Positions 39,658 through 50,168 of a stretch of 64,000 bases of DNA are shown here, piece by piece. Source of the DNA: Candidatus Daviesbacteria bacterium RIFCSPHIGHO2_12_FULL_37_16 (GTDB lineage: Bacteria > Patescibacteriota > Microgenomatia > Daviesbacterales > UBA10151); contig MFDF01000023.1 of NCBI GenBank assembly GCA_001776785.1, positions 60,432 through 124,431 on the forward strand, read 5' to 3'. A model generated the notes under the pieces. That model was not told the origin of the DNA and did not search any database. It saw only the letters and a list, made by a program, of their open reading frames with translations. How positions within the stretch are numbered: position 1 is the first letter of the stretch; each line of letters starts with the position of its first letter. The position numbers were made by a program, and so were the translations under genes.

Positions 39658-39722
39658 CTTCTCCACTCACTACGTTCGGTCGAAGAGTAAATTTTTTGTT
39701 CGAGCGTAGTCGAGAACATACA
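39658..39722 (+). repeat. Family-3 GC-rich 3'-flanking repeat/hairpin
   Basis: Homologous to 55619-55684 (TTCTCCAC...TCGAA...AATTTTT...TTCGAGCG...AGTCGAGAA.ATAC). Forms a ~10-bp stem ACTACGTTCG/CGAGCGTAGT. Confidence 0.5.
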
Positions 39723-39776
39723 CACAGTTAATAGCTTGATTAATTGTACACGGGGTGGTAAAAGTGAGAATTAGAA

Positions 39777-40436
39777 ATGAGTGAAAGGGTTTTTGTAGTT
39801 ATATTTTTAGTAGTAGTTGCGCTGGTTTCTGTTGGGCTTTTGGTCTCCAGGTCTATGCAGAATAACCAGGTTAACCAATCTGCCCAGAGTGCAAATACTA
39901 TTTCTCCTCCACCAAGTGCTGCGGGACAAGTAAGCCAGACACCAGTCCCAACTCCACTAAGGAAAACCTATACTGCTTACACTGGAGATGTTACTTTAAA
40001 GGAAAGACAAAATAAAAAAGCTGTAATTCAGACAAAAAAAGGGACAATTGAGTTTGAGATTTATCCAGAGGCTACTAAAGCTGCATCTAATTTTATTAAA
40101 TTAACTAATGATGGGTTTTATGATGGGATTACATTCCACAGGGTAGAGCCAGGTTTTGTAATTCAGGGAGGGGATCCTGAAGGGACTGGTAGAGGTGGAC
40201 CAGGATACAAGTTTGAGGATGAACCAGTGACTAAAAAGTATATTAAAGGGATTGTTGCAATGGCTAATGCAGGTCCAGATACCAATGGATCACAGTTTTT
40301 TATCATGCTTGAGGATAAACTGGATTTACCTCCAAAATATACAATTTTTGGGAAGGTTATAAAGGGACAAGAGGTTGTATCTGCAATTAGGGTTGGGGAT
40401 GTAATGGAAAAAGTGACGATAGAAAATTTAAGGTAG
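39777..40436 (+). CDS. ppiB: Cyclophilin-type peptidyl-prolyl cis-trans isomerase, membrane-anchored
   Basis: FHRVEPGFVIQGGDP, GIVAMANAGPDTNGSQFFI. Confidence 0.85.
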   Translation: MSERVFVVIFLVVVALVSVGLLVSRSMQNNQVNQSAQSANTISPPPSAAGQVSQTPVPTPLRKTYTAYTGDVTLKERQNKKAVIQTKKGTIEFEIYPEATKAASNFIKLTNDGFYDGITFHRVEPGFVIQGGDPEGTGRGGPGYKFEDEPVTKKYIKGIVAMANAGPDTNGSQFFIMLEDKLDLPPKYTIFGKVIKGQEVVSAIRVGDVMEKVTIENLR

Positions 40437-40440
40437 TTTT

Positions 40441-40543
40441 CTCCGGGTCCTGCCAGAGGACAGCCCCAAATGGAAAAATTTGTGGAACAGGTTCTAACAA
40501 ATTTTTCTCTCGGGGCGCCCCGCCCTCTGTCACCCGTCGAAAA
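40441..40543 (+). repeat. Family-2 GC-rich intergenic repeat, long form (second copy)
   Basis: See 37279-37383. Confidence 0.6.
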
Positions 40544-40601
40544 CAAATTTCACACTTCACTCCCTTTTAGCAAAAACTTCTCTTTAAAAATCTATGATTT
40601 G

Positions 40602-40646
40602 CACAATATATTGTATGTTGACAGGGATTACTTGTAGTGTGATAAG
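40602..40646 (+). promoter_or_regulatory. Putative nrdR promoter with an NrdR-box-like palindrome (CACAATATATTGTATG) overlapping a TTGACA -35
   Basis: 12-bp perfect palindrome ACAATATATTGT resembling the NrdR box consensus. TTGACA at 40618 with TGTGATAAG ~17 nt downstream. Confidence 0.4.
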
Positions 40647-40701
40647 TTAGTAGATGTTGGGTATGTTGAGTGTAGGTTAGGGTGAGTATACAAGATGTTG
40701 T

Positions 40702-41145
40702 ATGAAGTGTCCTTTTTGTTACAGTGAGCTTTCAAACGTTATAGATAAAAGAGCAGTAAAATCCAGCGGAGAGATAAGACGTAGAAGAGAGTGTTTAAAG
40801 TGCCGCAGAAGATATACCACTTATGAGCGGGTTTCTGCAGTAGAGCTTGCAGTAATTAAAAAGGATGGGAGAAGGGAGCCTTTTGACATTTTAAAGCTAA
40901 AGGGTGGTCTGATAAGAGCATTGGAAAAAAGACCAGCTTTTTTAGAGATTGACAGTATTGTTTCAAAAATTGAAGCAAAGCTTAAAGCAAAAGGGAATTT
41001 TGAGATAGAGAGTAGAATAATAGGACAGGTTAGCTTATCTGAACTCAAAAAGATAGATAAAGTGGCTTATTTAAGGTTTGCATCAGTCTACAGGAAATTT
41101 GAGGAACCAGGAGATTTTACAAAAGAGTTACAAAAGATTCATTGA
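40702..41145 (+). CDS. nrdR: Transcriptional repressor NrdR (Zn-ribbon + ATP-cone)
   Basis: MKCPFCYSE...CLKCRRRYTTYE...ATP-cone. Confidence 0.85.
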   Translation: MKCPFCYSELSNVIDKRAVKSSGEIRRRRECLKCRRRYTTYERVSAVELAVIKKDGRREPFDILKLKGGLIRALEKRPAFLEIDSIVSKIEAKLKAKGNFEIESRIIGQVSLSELKKIDKVAYLRFASVYRKFEEPGDFTKELQKIH

Positions 41146-41179
41146 ATTTTTTTAAAAAATAGATATATTTAATTAAGAT

Positions 41180-43828
41180 ATGAAAAAAACAAAGATTCAA
41201 ACAACAGCAATGCAGGTAGCAATAGTGGCCCCAAAGCCAAACAAAACTAATGGCCATGCAAATGGATTGACTCCTAAGAATAGAGGTTTTGAGGATAGGT
41301 TTATCTCAAGGTATGACAAAATGCCTAAAGTTCCAGAGGGTTTAGAGACTCCAACTTTTTCTGAATCTTCACAAAAAATATTAAAGGAAAGGTATCTTCT
41401 AAAGGGTGGAAATTTGGAGGTTGCTGAGACTATTGCTGAGAGGTTTTGGCACATTGCTTATGATATAGCTTCAGCGGATTTTGATTTTGGGGCTTCTGAA
41501 AAAGAGGTAATGGAACTTGCCAAAAGATTTTATGGAACTATGGTCAGGCAGGAGTTTTTACCTAATTCTCCTACTATTATGAATGCTGGGAAACAGAATC
41601 AGCTTCAATATTCAGCCTGTTTTGTATTACCTGTTGATGATTCAATCCCTGATATTTTTGACACAATGAAGTATGCAGCTATGATCCACCAAACTGGGGG
41701 GGGAACTGGTTTTGCTTTTTCCAGGATCAGACCACAGGGATCAATTGTTAAAAGGTCAGGAGGGGTTGCATCAGGTCCTGTTTCATTTTTAAGGGTTTTT
41801 GATGCTGCAACCCAATCTATTAAGCAGGGTGGGACAAGAAGAGGGGCAAATATGGGGATTTTAAGGGTAGACCACCCTGATGTTTTGGAATTTATAAGGT
41901 GCAAAGCTTTATTGGATGAACAAAACCAGCCTATTTATGATGGGATTGCCCCATTTTTGCCAGATGATAATGTTAGAGCTTACTTCAGGACTCTGCTTTT
42001 AGACAGGCAGATCTCCAATTTTAATATTTCTGTGGCTATAACTGATAAGTTTATGGAGGCTTACAAAAATGACCAGGAGTATGACCTGATTGACCCTAAA
42101 ACTAAAGAATCTGTAGGGAAAATGCGGGCCAGGGATGTGTTTGAGGAGATGGTAGAGAGAGCCTGGGCAACTGGGGACCCTGGAATGGTGTTTATAGACA
42201 GGATTAATAATTCTCCTGCTAATCCTGTACCTGATTTGGAAGAAATTGAGGCTACAAATCCTTGCGGTGAGCAGCCTTTAGGGCCTTGGGATGCATGTAA
42301 TTTGGGTTCTATAAATTTAGGAAAATTTGTTTTAGCAGATGGGTCAGATGTTGATTGGGAGGGATTAAGAAGGGCAGTAAGGGAAGCTGTACACTTTTTA
42401 GATAATGTTGTTCAGACAAACCCTTATACTTTAGAGTCTATTTATAAAGAGGTACACAATAACAGAAGGATTGGGCTTGGGGTGATGGGCTGGGCAGATA
42501 TGCTTTTTAGGTTAAAGACTGCTTATGACAGTGAAGAGGGAATAGCTTTGGGTGAAAAAGTAATGAAGTTTATAAATGATGAGGGGGTTAAGATGAGTGA
42601 GGATTTGGCAAAACTTAAGGGCCCATTCCCTAACTTTTATAAATCCAGATATAAAAATGGAACCCCCAGAAGAAATGGGACTGTGACTACAATTGCACCA
42701 ACAGGGACAATCTCTATAATTGGTGACTGTTCCTCAGGAATTGAGCCTGTATTTGCTCTTGCTTATATCCACAGGGCAAAGGGTGATGGTGGGAAGACAG
42801 GCAATGAGATGAGGCTTTTGACTATTGCTAATAAAACCTTTAGAGAGATTGGCGAGAAGCAAGGCTTTTATAATGATGCTATAGCCCAAAAAGTGATGGA
42901 TAGGGGGAGTGTAAGCGGAGTTGATGATATTCCTCTTGAGTGGCAGAGAGTGTTTGTGACTGCACCTGAGATTGAGCCTAATTGGCATGTGAAGATGCAG
43001 GCTGCATTCCAGAAAAATACAGAAAATGGGGTTTCAAAGACAATTAACCTTCCAAACTCTGCAACTTTGGATGATATCAGGACTTCATACCTTTTAGCCT
43101 GGGAAACAGGCTGCAATGGAATAACAGTTTATAGAGATGGGTCAAAAACTACCCAGGTTTTGAATGTAGGTTCAACTATAAATACTAAAGGTGAAATAGC
43201 TTCAGGGCTTGGTATAAAAGAAGAAGAGGTAGACCACAGCTTAAGTGTGTCACAGGACTCATTTGTTTCAAGGCCAATGATTTTGCGGGGCAGGACTTAC
43301 AGGATCCAGACTCCAATTGGGGAAGGATTTATAACTATTAACAGGGATGAATCTGACCAGCCATTTGAAGTATTTATAACTGTGGGTAAGGGTGGAACTC
43401 ACACTTTAGCTGATGCTGAGGCTATGGGGAGGTTGGTTTCACTTTCCTTGAGGCTTGGGAGAAGTGGGGGGACTATAAAACCTAAAGATGTAGCCCAAAA
43501 GATTGTGGCACAACTTAGGGGCATTGGGGGGGCATCCCATGTAGGATTTGGGAAAAATAGGGTGATGAGTTTAGCTGATGCTATAGCTAAGGCTTTAGCT
43601 GAGGATTTAGCAATTGGGGCAACAACTGGGGAACAGCCTGAACCTTTGCCTTTAAATCTAACTGAAGATCCAGTTTCTGCCTCACAAACATCACTGGTTG
43701 ATGATGTGATGACTCATGCAAGTATGGCTTCAAAAGGAGCAGATCTTTGCCCAGAGTGTGGACAAGCTACTTTTGTAATGGAAGAAGGCTGCCAAAAATG
43801 CTATAGCTGCGGCTACTCTAAGTGCTAA
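41180..43828 (+). CDS. nrdJ: Class II (adenosylcobalamin-dependent) ribonucleotide reductase
   Basis: 882 aa. NrdJ-type catalytic core (NPCGEQ, active-site Cys/Glu context). C-terminal Zn-ribbon CPECG...CQKCYSCG. Confidence 0.9.
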   Translation: MKKTKIQTTAMQVAIVAPKPNKTNGHANGLTPKNRGFEDRFISRYDKMPKVPEGLETPTFSESSQKILKERYLLKGGNLEVAETIAERFWHIAYDIASADFDFGASEKEVMELAKRFYGTMVRQEFLPNSPTIMNAGKQNQLQYSACFVLPVDDSIPDIFDTMKYAAMIHQTGGGTGFAFSRIRPQGSIVKRSGGVASGPVSFLRVFDAATQSIKQGGTRRGANMGILRVDHPDVLEFIRCKALLDEQNQPIYDGIAPFLPDDNVRAYFRTLLLDRQISNFNISVAITDKFMEAYKNDQEYDLIDPKTKESVGKMRARDVFEEMVERAWATGDPGMVFIDRINNSPANPVPDLEEIEATNPCGEQPLGPWDACNLGSINLGKFVLADGSDVDWEGLRRAVREAVHFLDNVVQTNPYTLESIYKEVHNNRRIGLGVMGWADMLFRLKTAYDSEEGIALGEKVMKFINDEGVKMSEDLAKLKGPFPNFYKSRYKNGTPRRNGTVTTIAPTGTISIIGDCSSGIEPVFALAYIHRAKGDGGKTGNEMRLLTIANKTFREIGEKQGFYNDAIAQKVMDRGSVSGVDDIPLEWQRVFVTAPEIEPNWHVKMQAAFQKNTENGVSKTINLPNSATLDDIRTSYLLAWETGCNGITVYRDGSKTTQVLNVGSTINTKGEIASGLGIKEEEVDHSLSVSQDSFVSRPMILRGRTYRIQTPIGEGFITINRDESDQPFEVFITVGKGGTHTLADAEAMGRLVSLSLRLGRSGGTIKPKDVAQKIVAQLRGIGGASHVGFGKNRVMSLADAIAKALAEDLAIGATTGEQPEPLPLNLTEDPVSASQTSLVDDVMTHASMASKGADLCPECGQATFVMEEGCQKCYSCGYSKC

Positions 43829-44030
43829 GAGGTGGTTTCCAAAGTTAAACTTATACCAAGAGAGGGAATTTTTACCTCATGACCTTTTGCTAAATCTTCA
43901 GCCACTGCCATAGCTGCTAAAGCACCAGCAGGATTTTTAGTATGAACTTTAAACTTGTTTTCTGGTGTCTTAGTTATGGGTTTTTCTATTTCCAAAGTTA
44001 GGATTATCAGTATTTTTGCTTGTGATGTCA

Positions 44031-44068
44031 ATCGTCATTGCGAGGAGCGAAGCGACGAAGCAATCTAG
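44031..44068 (-). repeat. Family-1 repeat copy (reverse orientation) containing the exact 25-mer CGTCGCTTCGCTCCTCGCAATGACG
   Basis: 25/25 identity to 10919-10943 on the opposite strand, with further flank similarity (AGATTGC...). Confidence 0.6.
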
Positions 44069-44070
44069 TA

Positions 44071-44104
44071 TTGAGATTAATCGTTTTTTTCGTATAATTC
44101 CATC
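44071..44104 (+). promoter_or_regulatory. Putative sigma70-like promoter (TTGAGA-16-TATAAT) giving a near-leaderless cobA transcript
   Basis: The -10 hexamer ends 6 nt before the ATG at 44105. No RBS. Confidence 0.35.
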
Positions 44105-44683
44105 ATGTCTGATAAAAAAAAGGCTGAGCAAAAAAAGAGAGTTAAGTTTAAAGAGACTACTAAGGGGCTGGTGATTTTATATACTGGTGAGGGGAAGGGG
44201 AAGACTACTGCTGCTTTGGGACTTGCACTGAGGGCTGCAGGGTATAAAAGGAAGGTTTTAATAGTCCAATTTGGGAAGGTTTGGTTTACAGGGGAACTTG
44301 AGGGTATAAAGATGCTTGAACCCTTTGTAAAGATTGTGCAGGGTGGGATTGGGTTTGTGAATATTTTTAATGATAAATCCAGTTTGGAAGATCATAGGAA
44401 GGTTGCTTTAAAGACCCTGGAGTACTTAAAAAAAGAGATAATTTCCGGGAAGTGGGATGTTGTGATTGCAGATGAAATTATAGGAGCATTAGCTGGGAAT
44501 GTTTTAAAATTTGAAGAAGTCAGGGATTTTATAAAATCAAAGCCTGAGAGAGTGGATTTGGTGATTACAGGTCACCATGCAAAAAAGAATTTAATTGCTT
44601 TGGCAGATTTAGCTACTGAGATGAAACCCATTAAACACCCTTATGAAAAAGGTTTTCTTGCAAAACCTGGAGTTGATTATTAA
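44105..44683 (+). CDS. cobA: Cob(I)alamin adenosyltransferase (CobA/CobO/BtuR type)
   Basis: P-loop GEGKGKTTAALG. The family is ~190 aa. Adjacent to the B12-dependent nrdJ. Confidence 0.75.
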   Translation: MSDKKKAEQKKRVKFKETTKGLVILYTGEGKGKTTAALGLALRAAGYKRKVLIVQFGKVWFTGELEGIKMLEPFVKIVQGGIGFVNIFNDKSSLEDHRKVALKTLEYLKKEIISGKWDVVIADEIIGALAGNVLKFEEVRDFIKSKPERVDLVITGHHAKKNLIALADLATEMKPIKHPYEKGFLAKPGVDY

Positions 44684-44812
44684 CTATTTATTACAGTTTG
44701 GATTTAAGATAAACTAAGAACAGTCTAAGTTTTTGGAGGGTTGACCCCGATAAAGTTCGGGGTTGACAGATTTTAGCACTCATGTTAGGATACTGCTAAT
44801 TGATTTGAAAAT

Positions 44813-47224
44813 ATGGCAACTTTAGATCCTATTACACATCCATTAAAACTTTCAAAGAATATGCCTGTTGCTCCCCTTAGGGGCACAGTTATATTCCCCC
44901 AAAACACAGTCCCTATTGTTTCAGGCAGACCAAAGTCCAGATCAGCTATTGACAGCGCCTGGGCAACCAACAGATTAATTGTTTTTGTAGCCCAAAAAAA
45001 TGACAGGATTGATGACCCATCTCCTGAGCAGCTTTACCAGGTTGGCACAGTCTGTTTAGTCAAAAGAGTATTAAAAGTTGATAATGAATACCAGCTTTCT
45101 GCAGAAGGACTTGTCAGAGTCTATTTAAAAAATTTCACCCAAACAGACCCTTATTTAGAGGCAGAAATAGAAGAGATTCCTGAACTTTATGAAAAAAATG
45201 AAGAAACAGAAGCACTTTTGAGGACAGTTAAAGAGCAGTTAAGAAGGTATCTGGAGCTTAATGGTAATCCCCTTTTTGATGTTTCAGCTGTAGCTAACTG
45301 GCCTCTTTTATCCCAAAGTGAAGATCCAAACCAGATTGTAAATTCTGTTTGTCAGATGATTGAGTTTAAGACTATTGATAAGCAGCAAATTTTAGAGATG
45401 GTTTCTGCAGCAGACAGACTGCAAAGAGTATCTGAGCTTTTGGCAAAAGAGATAAGGATTTTGGAGATTTCCCAAAAGATTTCATCCCACACCCAGGAAA
45501 GGGTATCCAGAATGACTAAAGAAGCAATCTTGAGAGAGCAGATGAGGTCAATTGAGGAAGAGTTGGGTGAGTCTGGAGAGAATGTAGAGATTAGGGAGTT
45601 TGAGTTAAAGATAAGAAAGGCTAATATGCCAAAAGAAGTCAGGGAAAAAGCTATGAAAGAACTCTCAAGGCTTTCTAAGATGAGTTCCTATAACCCGGAG
45701 GCTGCATATATTAGGAATTATTTGGAATGGTTGACTGACCTTCCCTGGAAATCTGCAGGAAAGACTAAGTTAAATATGAAGAAATCCCAGGAAATTTTAG
45801 ATGATGAACATTATGGACTGAAAAAAGTTAAAGAAAGGGTGATGGAGTATTTAGCTGTCTATAAACTGGCAGGAAAACTGCATGGTCCAATCCTTTGTTT
45901 TGTGGGACCTCCCGGAACCGGAAAGACCTCTATTGGGAAATCTATTGCTAAAGCTTTAGGCAGAAAGTTTGTGAAAGTATCCCTTGGTGGAATCAGGGAT
46001 GAGGCTGAGATAAGAGGCCACAGAAGGACTTATGTTGGGTCAATGCCTGGAAGGGTTATCCAGTCTATAAAACAGGCTGGTACTTCAAACCCTGTGTTTA
46101 TGCTGGATGAGATAGATAAAATTGGGGCAGATTATAGGGGTGACCCATCCGCTGCGCTTTTGGAAGCTTTAGACCCTGAGCAAAATAATTCTTTTTCTGA
46201 CCATTATTTAGAAGTTCCATATGATTTGTCTAATGTCATGTTTATAACTACAGCAAATATGCTTGATACTATTCCCCCAGCCCTTAGGGATAGATTAGAG
46301 GTTATTCCATATCCTGGTTATACAAGAGAAGAAAAGTTTAATATTGCAAAGAGGCACTTAGTACCAAAAGTTTTAGGCTCCCATGGTTTGCCTGAAAAAT
46401 TAAAGATTGGGTTTGATGATGATGCAATCCATCAGGTAATTGATGGATATACCAGGGAAGCAGGGGTAAGAGGTTTAGAAAGAGAACTGTCTGCAGTTGT
46501 TAGGAAAATTGCCAGAAAATATGCAGAGGGTGAGATTAAAAAAGAATATGAGATTACTGAGCAGGAAATAAGAAAACTTCTAGGGCCTGTTAAATTTATC
46601 CCTGAGCTTGCAGAGATTGAAGATATGGTTGGTGCTTCAACAGGGCTTGCCTGGAGTGAGGTTGGAGGATCTGTGATGTTTATTGAGGTTACCCTAATGC
46701 CTGGTAAAGGTGCAGTGCAGCTGACTGGTCAGCTGGGTGAGGTGATGAAAGAGTCAGCCCAGGCTGCAATGAGTTATGTCAGGACAAACTGGTTTAGAAT
46801 GGGATTGCCAGAGAAATTTTTCCACAAAGTAGATGTACATGTACATGTACCAGAAGGTGCTGTACCAAAGGATGGTCCATCTGCAGGTATTGCACTAACT
46901 ACTGCAATAGTTTCTGCTTTTACTAAGATTCCTGTCAGGAAAGATGTGGCTATGACTGGTGAGGTAACTTTAAGGGGTAGGGTTTTAGAGATTGGGGGGT
47001 TTAAAGAAAAAGTTTTGGCAGCACACAGAGCAGGGGTTAAAGTGGTTATTGCACCAGAGCATAATAAAAAAGACTTAGAGGATATTCCAGAGAATGTGGT
47101 AACTGATTTAGAGTTTCATTTTGTAAAACACATGGATGAAGTATTAGACTTAGCTTTAGTTAGATCTCCAAAACCAGGTTCTTTAAAAAGATCACCTGTA
47201 GTCCCAAGACCAGCTGTAGCATAG
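44813..47224 (+). CDS. lon: ATP-dependent Lon protease
   Basis: Lon N-domain, AAA+ (GPPGTGKTS), protease domain with DGPSAG and K dyad. Confidence 0.9.
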   Translation: MATLDPITHPLKLSKNMPVAPLRGTVIFPQNTVPIVSGRPKSRSAIDSAWATNRLIVFVAQKNDRIDDPSPEQLYQVGTVCLVKRVLKVDNEYQLSAEGLVRVYLKNFTQTDPYLEAEIEEIPELYEKNEETEALLRTVKEQLRRYLELNGNPLFDVSAVANWPLLSQSEDPNQIVNSVCQMIEFKTIDKQQILEMVSAADRLQRVSELLAKEIRILEISQKISSHTQERVSRMTKEAILREQMRSIEEELGESGENVEIREFELKIRKANMPKEVREKAMKELSRLSKMSSYNPEAAYIRNYLEWLTDLPWKSAGKTKLNMKKSQEILDDEHYGLKKVKERVMEYLAVYKLAGKLHGPILCFVGPPGTGKTSIGKSIAKALGRKFVKVSLGGIRDEAEIRGHRRTYVGSMPGRVIQSIKQAGTSNPVFMLDEIDKIGADYRGDPSAALLEALDPEQNNSFSDHYLEVPYDLSNVMFITTANMLDTIPPALRDRLEVIPYPGYTREEKFNIAKRHLVPKVLGSHGLPEKLKIGFDDDAIHQVIDGYTREAGVRGLERELSAVVRKIARKYAEGEIKKEYEITEQEIRKLLGPVKFIPELAEIEDMVGASTGLAWSEVGGSVMFIEVTLMPGKGAVQLTGQLGEVMKESAQAAMSYVRTNWFRMGLPEKFFHKVDVHVHVPEGAVPKDGPSAGIALTTAIVSAFTKIPVRKDVAMTGEVTLRGRVLEIGGFKEKVLAAHRAGVKVVIAPEHNKKDLEDIPENVVTDLEFHFVKHMDEVLDLALVRSPKPGSLKRSPVVPRPAVA

Positions 47225-47252
47225 TAATTATCCTCAGGGTATAATTCCCAAC

Positions 47253-47810
47253 ATGAGTGAAAGAAAATTGACCTTTGATGAGAGGCTTGATTTGCTGAGG
47301 AGATACAGAAAGCGTAAGGTTCAGTATTTAGAAGAATTGGATCCGAGGAAAGAAGGTTTACTTAGAAACGCAGAAGCTGGATTTATTGGATTGTCTGCAC
47401 TTTGCGGGGCATTAGTTTTTGCTTCAATCTTTGGGGTAGCTGCAGCTGATTACTTAAAAACCAGGCCTGAATTTTCCTTTTTAAAAAGTGAACCAAGTAT
47501 AATTGCCTATTGTACTAATGAAAATGGTGAAGCAGGAACGCATGTTGCTATTAAGATAAGTTTTAGGCCATTTAATGATTTAAGTGAAGGTGTAACCGTT
47601 GTTACAACAGCCAGTTCATCCAACAAAGCAGAGGTTATTTCGCACAGTCAATTTTACTCTGAAGTGCCTATAGAAGATACGATCCATGTTAAGAGGAGTT
47701 TTAGAGGAAGAGTTATGCTATTTAGAAGTGAAAATATTTATGATTCAACAAAGAGATATACAGATGATTCAAAGAAGTTATATGAAAAAGATGTGGATAT
47801 TAAATGCTAA
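47253..47810 (+). CDS. Hypothetical membrane-anchored protein (185 aa)
   Basis: Single TM. No domain recognised. Confidence 0.45.
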   Translation: MSERKLTFDERLDLLRRYRKRKVQYLEELDPRKEGLLRNAEAGFIGLSALCGALVFASIFGVAAADYLKTRPEFSFLKSEPSIIAYCTNENGEAGTHVAIKISFRPFNDLSEGVTVVTTASSSNKAEVISHSQFYSEVPIEDTIHVKRSFRGRVMLFRSENIYDSTKRYTDDSKKLYEKDVDIKC

Positions 47811-47857
47811 CTCCCCCTTGACTAAACTTAGTCTTATAGTGTAGATTTACCGCCAGT

Positions 47858-47898
47858 AGAGATTACTTCGGGTCAAAGTTGACCCTCGCAATGACAGG
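47858..47898 (+). repeat. Family-1 repeat copy (AGAGATTAC...GGGTCAAAGTTGACCCTCGCAATGACAGG) followed by T8
   Basis: Shares AGAGATT.C and CCTCGCAATGAC.G with 10908-10946 and 44031-44068. Contains the hairpin GGGTCA-AAGT-TGACCC. Confidence 0.5.
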
Positions 47899-47924
47899 AT
47901 TTTTTTTGTATATTATCTAAAGAC

Positions 47925-49919
47925 ATGAATTTACAAAGCTTTGTAGATATATTTATTTGGGGGGCTGCAGGAGCTGCCACACTTTATGGACTTATTTTAT
48001 CCTACCTTATTTTAAGACTTCCTGATGGAAATGAAAAAATGAAAGAGATTGCTTCTGCAATTCAGGAGGGGGCAGCAGCTTATTTATCCAGGCAATACAT
48101 GGTGGTTTCTTTGGTGGCTGTTGTTTTAGCTGCACTGATTTATCAGTTTTTGGGTTTAAATAGCGCTCTGGGATTCTTGGTTGGAGCAGTTTGCAGTGGA
48201 ATTGCAGGCCTTATCGGAATGCTTATTGCTGTGAGGGCAAATGTCAGGTGTGCAGAAGCTGCAAAAGATGGATTATCCCAGGCTTTTAATGTGGCTTTCA
48301 GAGGTGGGACTGTAACCGGGTTTTTGGTTGTTGGTTTAGCGCTTTTTGCAACTTATGGGTTTTATAAATACACAGGTGATCTAACAGCTTTGGTGCCACT
48401 TGGCTTTGGTGCATCTTTAATTTCTGTTTTTGCCAGGCTTGGTGGAGGGATATTTACTAAAGGAGCAGATGTAGGTACAGATATGGTTGGGAAAGTAGAA
48501 GCTGGGATTCCTGAGGATGATCCAAGAAATCCTGGTGTGATTGCAGATTTAGTGGGTGATAATGTTGGTGATGATGCAGGAATGGCTGCAGATGTATTTG
48601 AGACTTATGTAGTAACTGCTGTAGCTGCAATAATTTTAGGGGAATTAACTTTGTCAGGTTTGGGGGAAAATATAGTCAATTATCCACTTGCTCTAATGGC
48701 AGGGGCAACTTATGCTTCAATAATAGGAACTCTTTTTGTCAGATTATCTGGTAACAAAATCATGGGGGCTTTGTATCAGGGTCTGATAATCTCAGCTGTT
48801 TTGGCAGCAGGAGCTTTTTACTTTATAACCAATAGTTTAATTGGAGAAAGTGGACCTTTTTCAAGCTTTAATTTATTTTTATCTGCAGTAGTAGGGCTTT
48901 TAGTTACAGGTGGGATGGTGATTATTACTGAATACTACACAGGTACAAAGTATTCTCCTGTGAAGCATATAGCAGAAGCTTCAAAGACAGGACATGGAAC
49001 AAATGTGATTGCAGGTTTGGCTGTGTCTATGAAATCCACATTTGCACCAATTATTTTAATCTGCACTGCTATACTTTTTGCATACTCTTTAGCAGGGCTT
49101 TATGGAATAGCATTAGCTGCTGTAGCAATGCTTTCACTTGCTGGAATAGTTGTAGCAATTGATGCATTTGGGCCTATTACTGATAATGCTGGGGGAATTG
49201 CAGAGATGAGTGGGCTTCCTGCGAAAGTAAGAGGGGTGACTGATCCTTTGGATGCAGTTGGGAATACCACAAAAGCTGTAACTAAAGGTTATGCAATTGC
49301 ATCTGCAGGACTGGCTGCATTGGTTCTATTTGCAGCATACCAGCAGGAACTTGGGAGTGCAGTGGTTTTTGATCTGGCAAACCCAATGGTATTAGTGGGA
49401 CTTTTCATTGGGGGTGCACTGCCATATGTATTTGCAAGTTTAGCTATGGAGGCTGTAGGAAAAGCTGGAGCCAAAGTGGTAGAAGAAGTCAGAAGACAGT
49501 TTAGGACTATGAAGGGGATAATGACTTATGAGGAAAAGCCTGACTACGGCGCTTGTGTATCTATTGTGACAGCAACTGCACAAAAAGAGATGATTCTTCC
49601 AACTTTAATTCCAATTCTAGCTCCAATTTTAGTTGGACTGTTTTTGGGGCAGCAGGCTTTGGGGGGAATGCTGATGGGAGTTATAGTAACAGGGTTATTT
49701 GTAGCTTTATCTATGACAACTGGTGGAGCTGCCTGGGATAATGCTAAAAAATATATTGAGTCAGGAAAATTTGGGGGAAAAGGTTCATTTGCTCACCAGT
49801 CTGCAGTAACAGGAGATACAGTAGGAGATCCATATAAGGATACTGCCGGGCCTGCTATAAACCCCATGATCAAAGTAGCAAACATTGTAGCTCTTCTTCT
49901 GGTAAGTTTAATGAAATAA
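47925..49919 (+). CDS. hppA: Membrane-bound proton/sodium-translocating pyrophosphatase
   Basis: ~16 TM helices. GGG(I)FTKAADVGADLVGKVE, DNVGDNVGD motifs. Confidence 0.9.
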   Translation: MNLQSFVDIFIWGAAGAATLYGLILSYLILRLPDGNEKMKEIASAIQEGAAAYLSRQYMVVSLVAVVLAALIYQFLGLNSALGFLVGAVCSGIAGLIGMLIAVRANVRCAEAAKDGLSQAFNVAFRGGTVTGFLVVGLALFATYGFYKYTGDLTALVPLGFGASLISVFARLGGGIFTKGADVGTDMVGKVEAGIPEDDPRNPGVIADLVGDNVGDDAGMAADVFETYVVTAVAAIILGELTLSGLGENIVNYPLALMAGATYASIIGTLFVRLSGNKIMGALYQGLIISAVLAAGAFYFITNSLIGESGPFSSFNLFLSAVVGLLVTGGMVIITEYYTGTKYSPVKHIAEASKTGHGTNVIAGLAVSMKSTFAPIILICTAILFAYSLAGLYGIALAAVAMLSLAGIVVAIDAFGPITDNAGGIAEMSGLPAKVRGVTDPLDAVGNTTKAVTKGYAIASAGLAALVLFAAYQQELGSAVVFDLANPMVLVGLFIGGALPYVFASLAMEAVGKAGAKVVEEVRRQFRTMKGIMTYEEKPDYGACVSIVTATAQKEMILPTLIPILAPILVGLFLGQQALGGMLMGVIVTGLFVALSMTTGGAAWDNAKKYIESGKFGGKGSFAHQSAVTGDTVGDPYKDTAGPAINPMIKVANIVALLLVSLMK

Positions 49920-50165
49920 ATGGAAAGTAAGATCAAGAATTCTTTTCCCTTTGAAAGTAAACCAATCCTTTGTAGAAATTTAAGTCAGGAAGTAGATGTT
50001 AGTATTGATGCTTTAGTTGCAGCAAAAATTTATAGAAGTAGGGATCGCGCTTTAGCTGGACTTGTTGAGGAAGGTCTTGAAGCTTTTATAGAGAAAAATC
50101 CTAAAATGTTGGGAGTTATAGAGACTTATAAGGAATTTCAAGAAGCAGCTTCAAAAATGAAATAA
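49920..50165 (+). CDS. Small hypothetical protein, possibly ribbon-helix-helix-like
   Basis: The ATG overlaps the hppA stop (TAAATG). ...[22 protein letters not shown]. Confidence 0.4.
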   Translation: MESKIKNSFPFESKPILCRNLSQEVDVSIDALVAAKIYRSRDRALAGLVEEGLEAFIEKNPKMLGVIETYKEFQEAASKMK

Positions 50166-50168
50166 CTT

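Noticed and set aside
40163-40546. 127-aa minus-strand ORF over the cyclophilin 3' end and the Family-2 repeat
   Set aside because: Antisense. Driven by the GC-rich repeat lacking stops. Gly/Pro-rich.
40560-41180. Cobalamin riboswitch upstream of nrdJ/cobA
   Set aside because: No B12-box (consensus like rAGYCMGgAgaCCkGCcd). Spacers are too short and are occupied by nrdR, NrdR-like boxes and promoter elements.
43825-44031. 68-aa minus-strand ORF between nrdJ and cobA
   Set aside because: Overlaps the nrdJ stop. It has no RBS or promoter that I can see. Weak resemblance to HicB-like proteins is not convincing. The region also contains the Family-1 repeat, so the ORF may be fortuitous.
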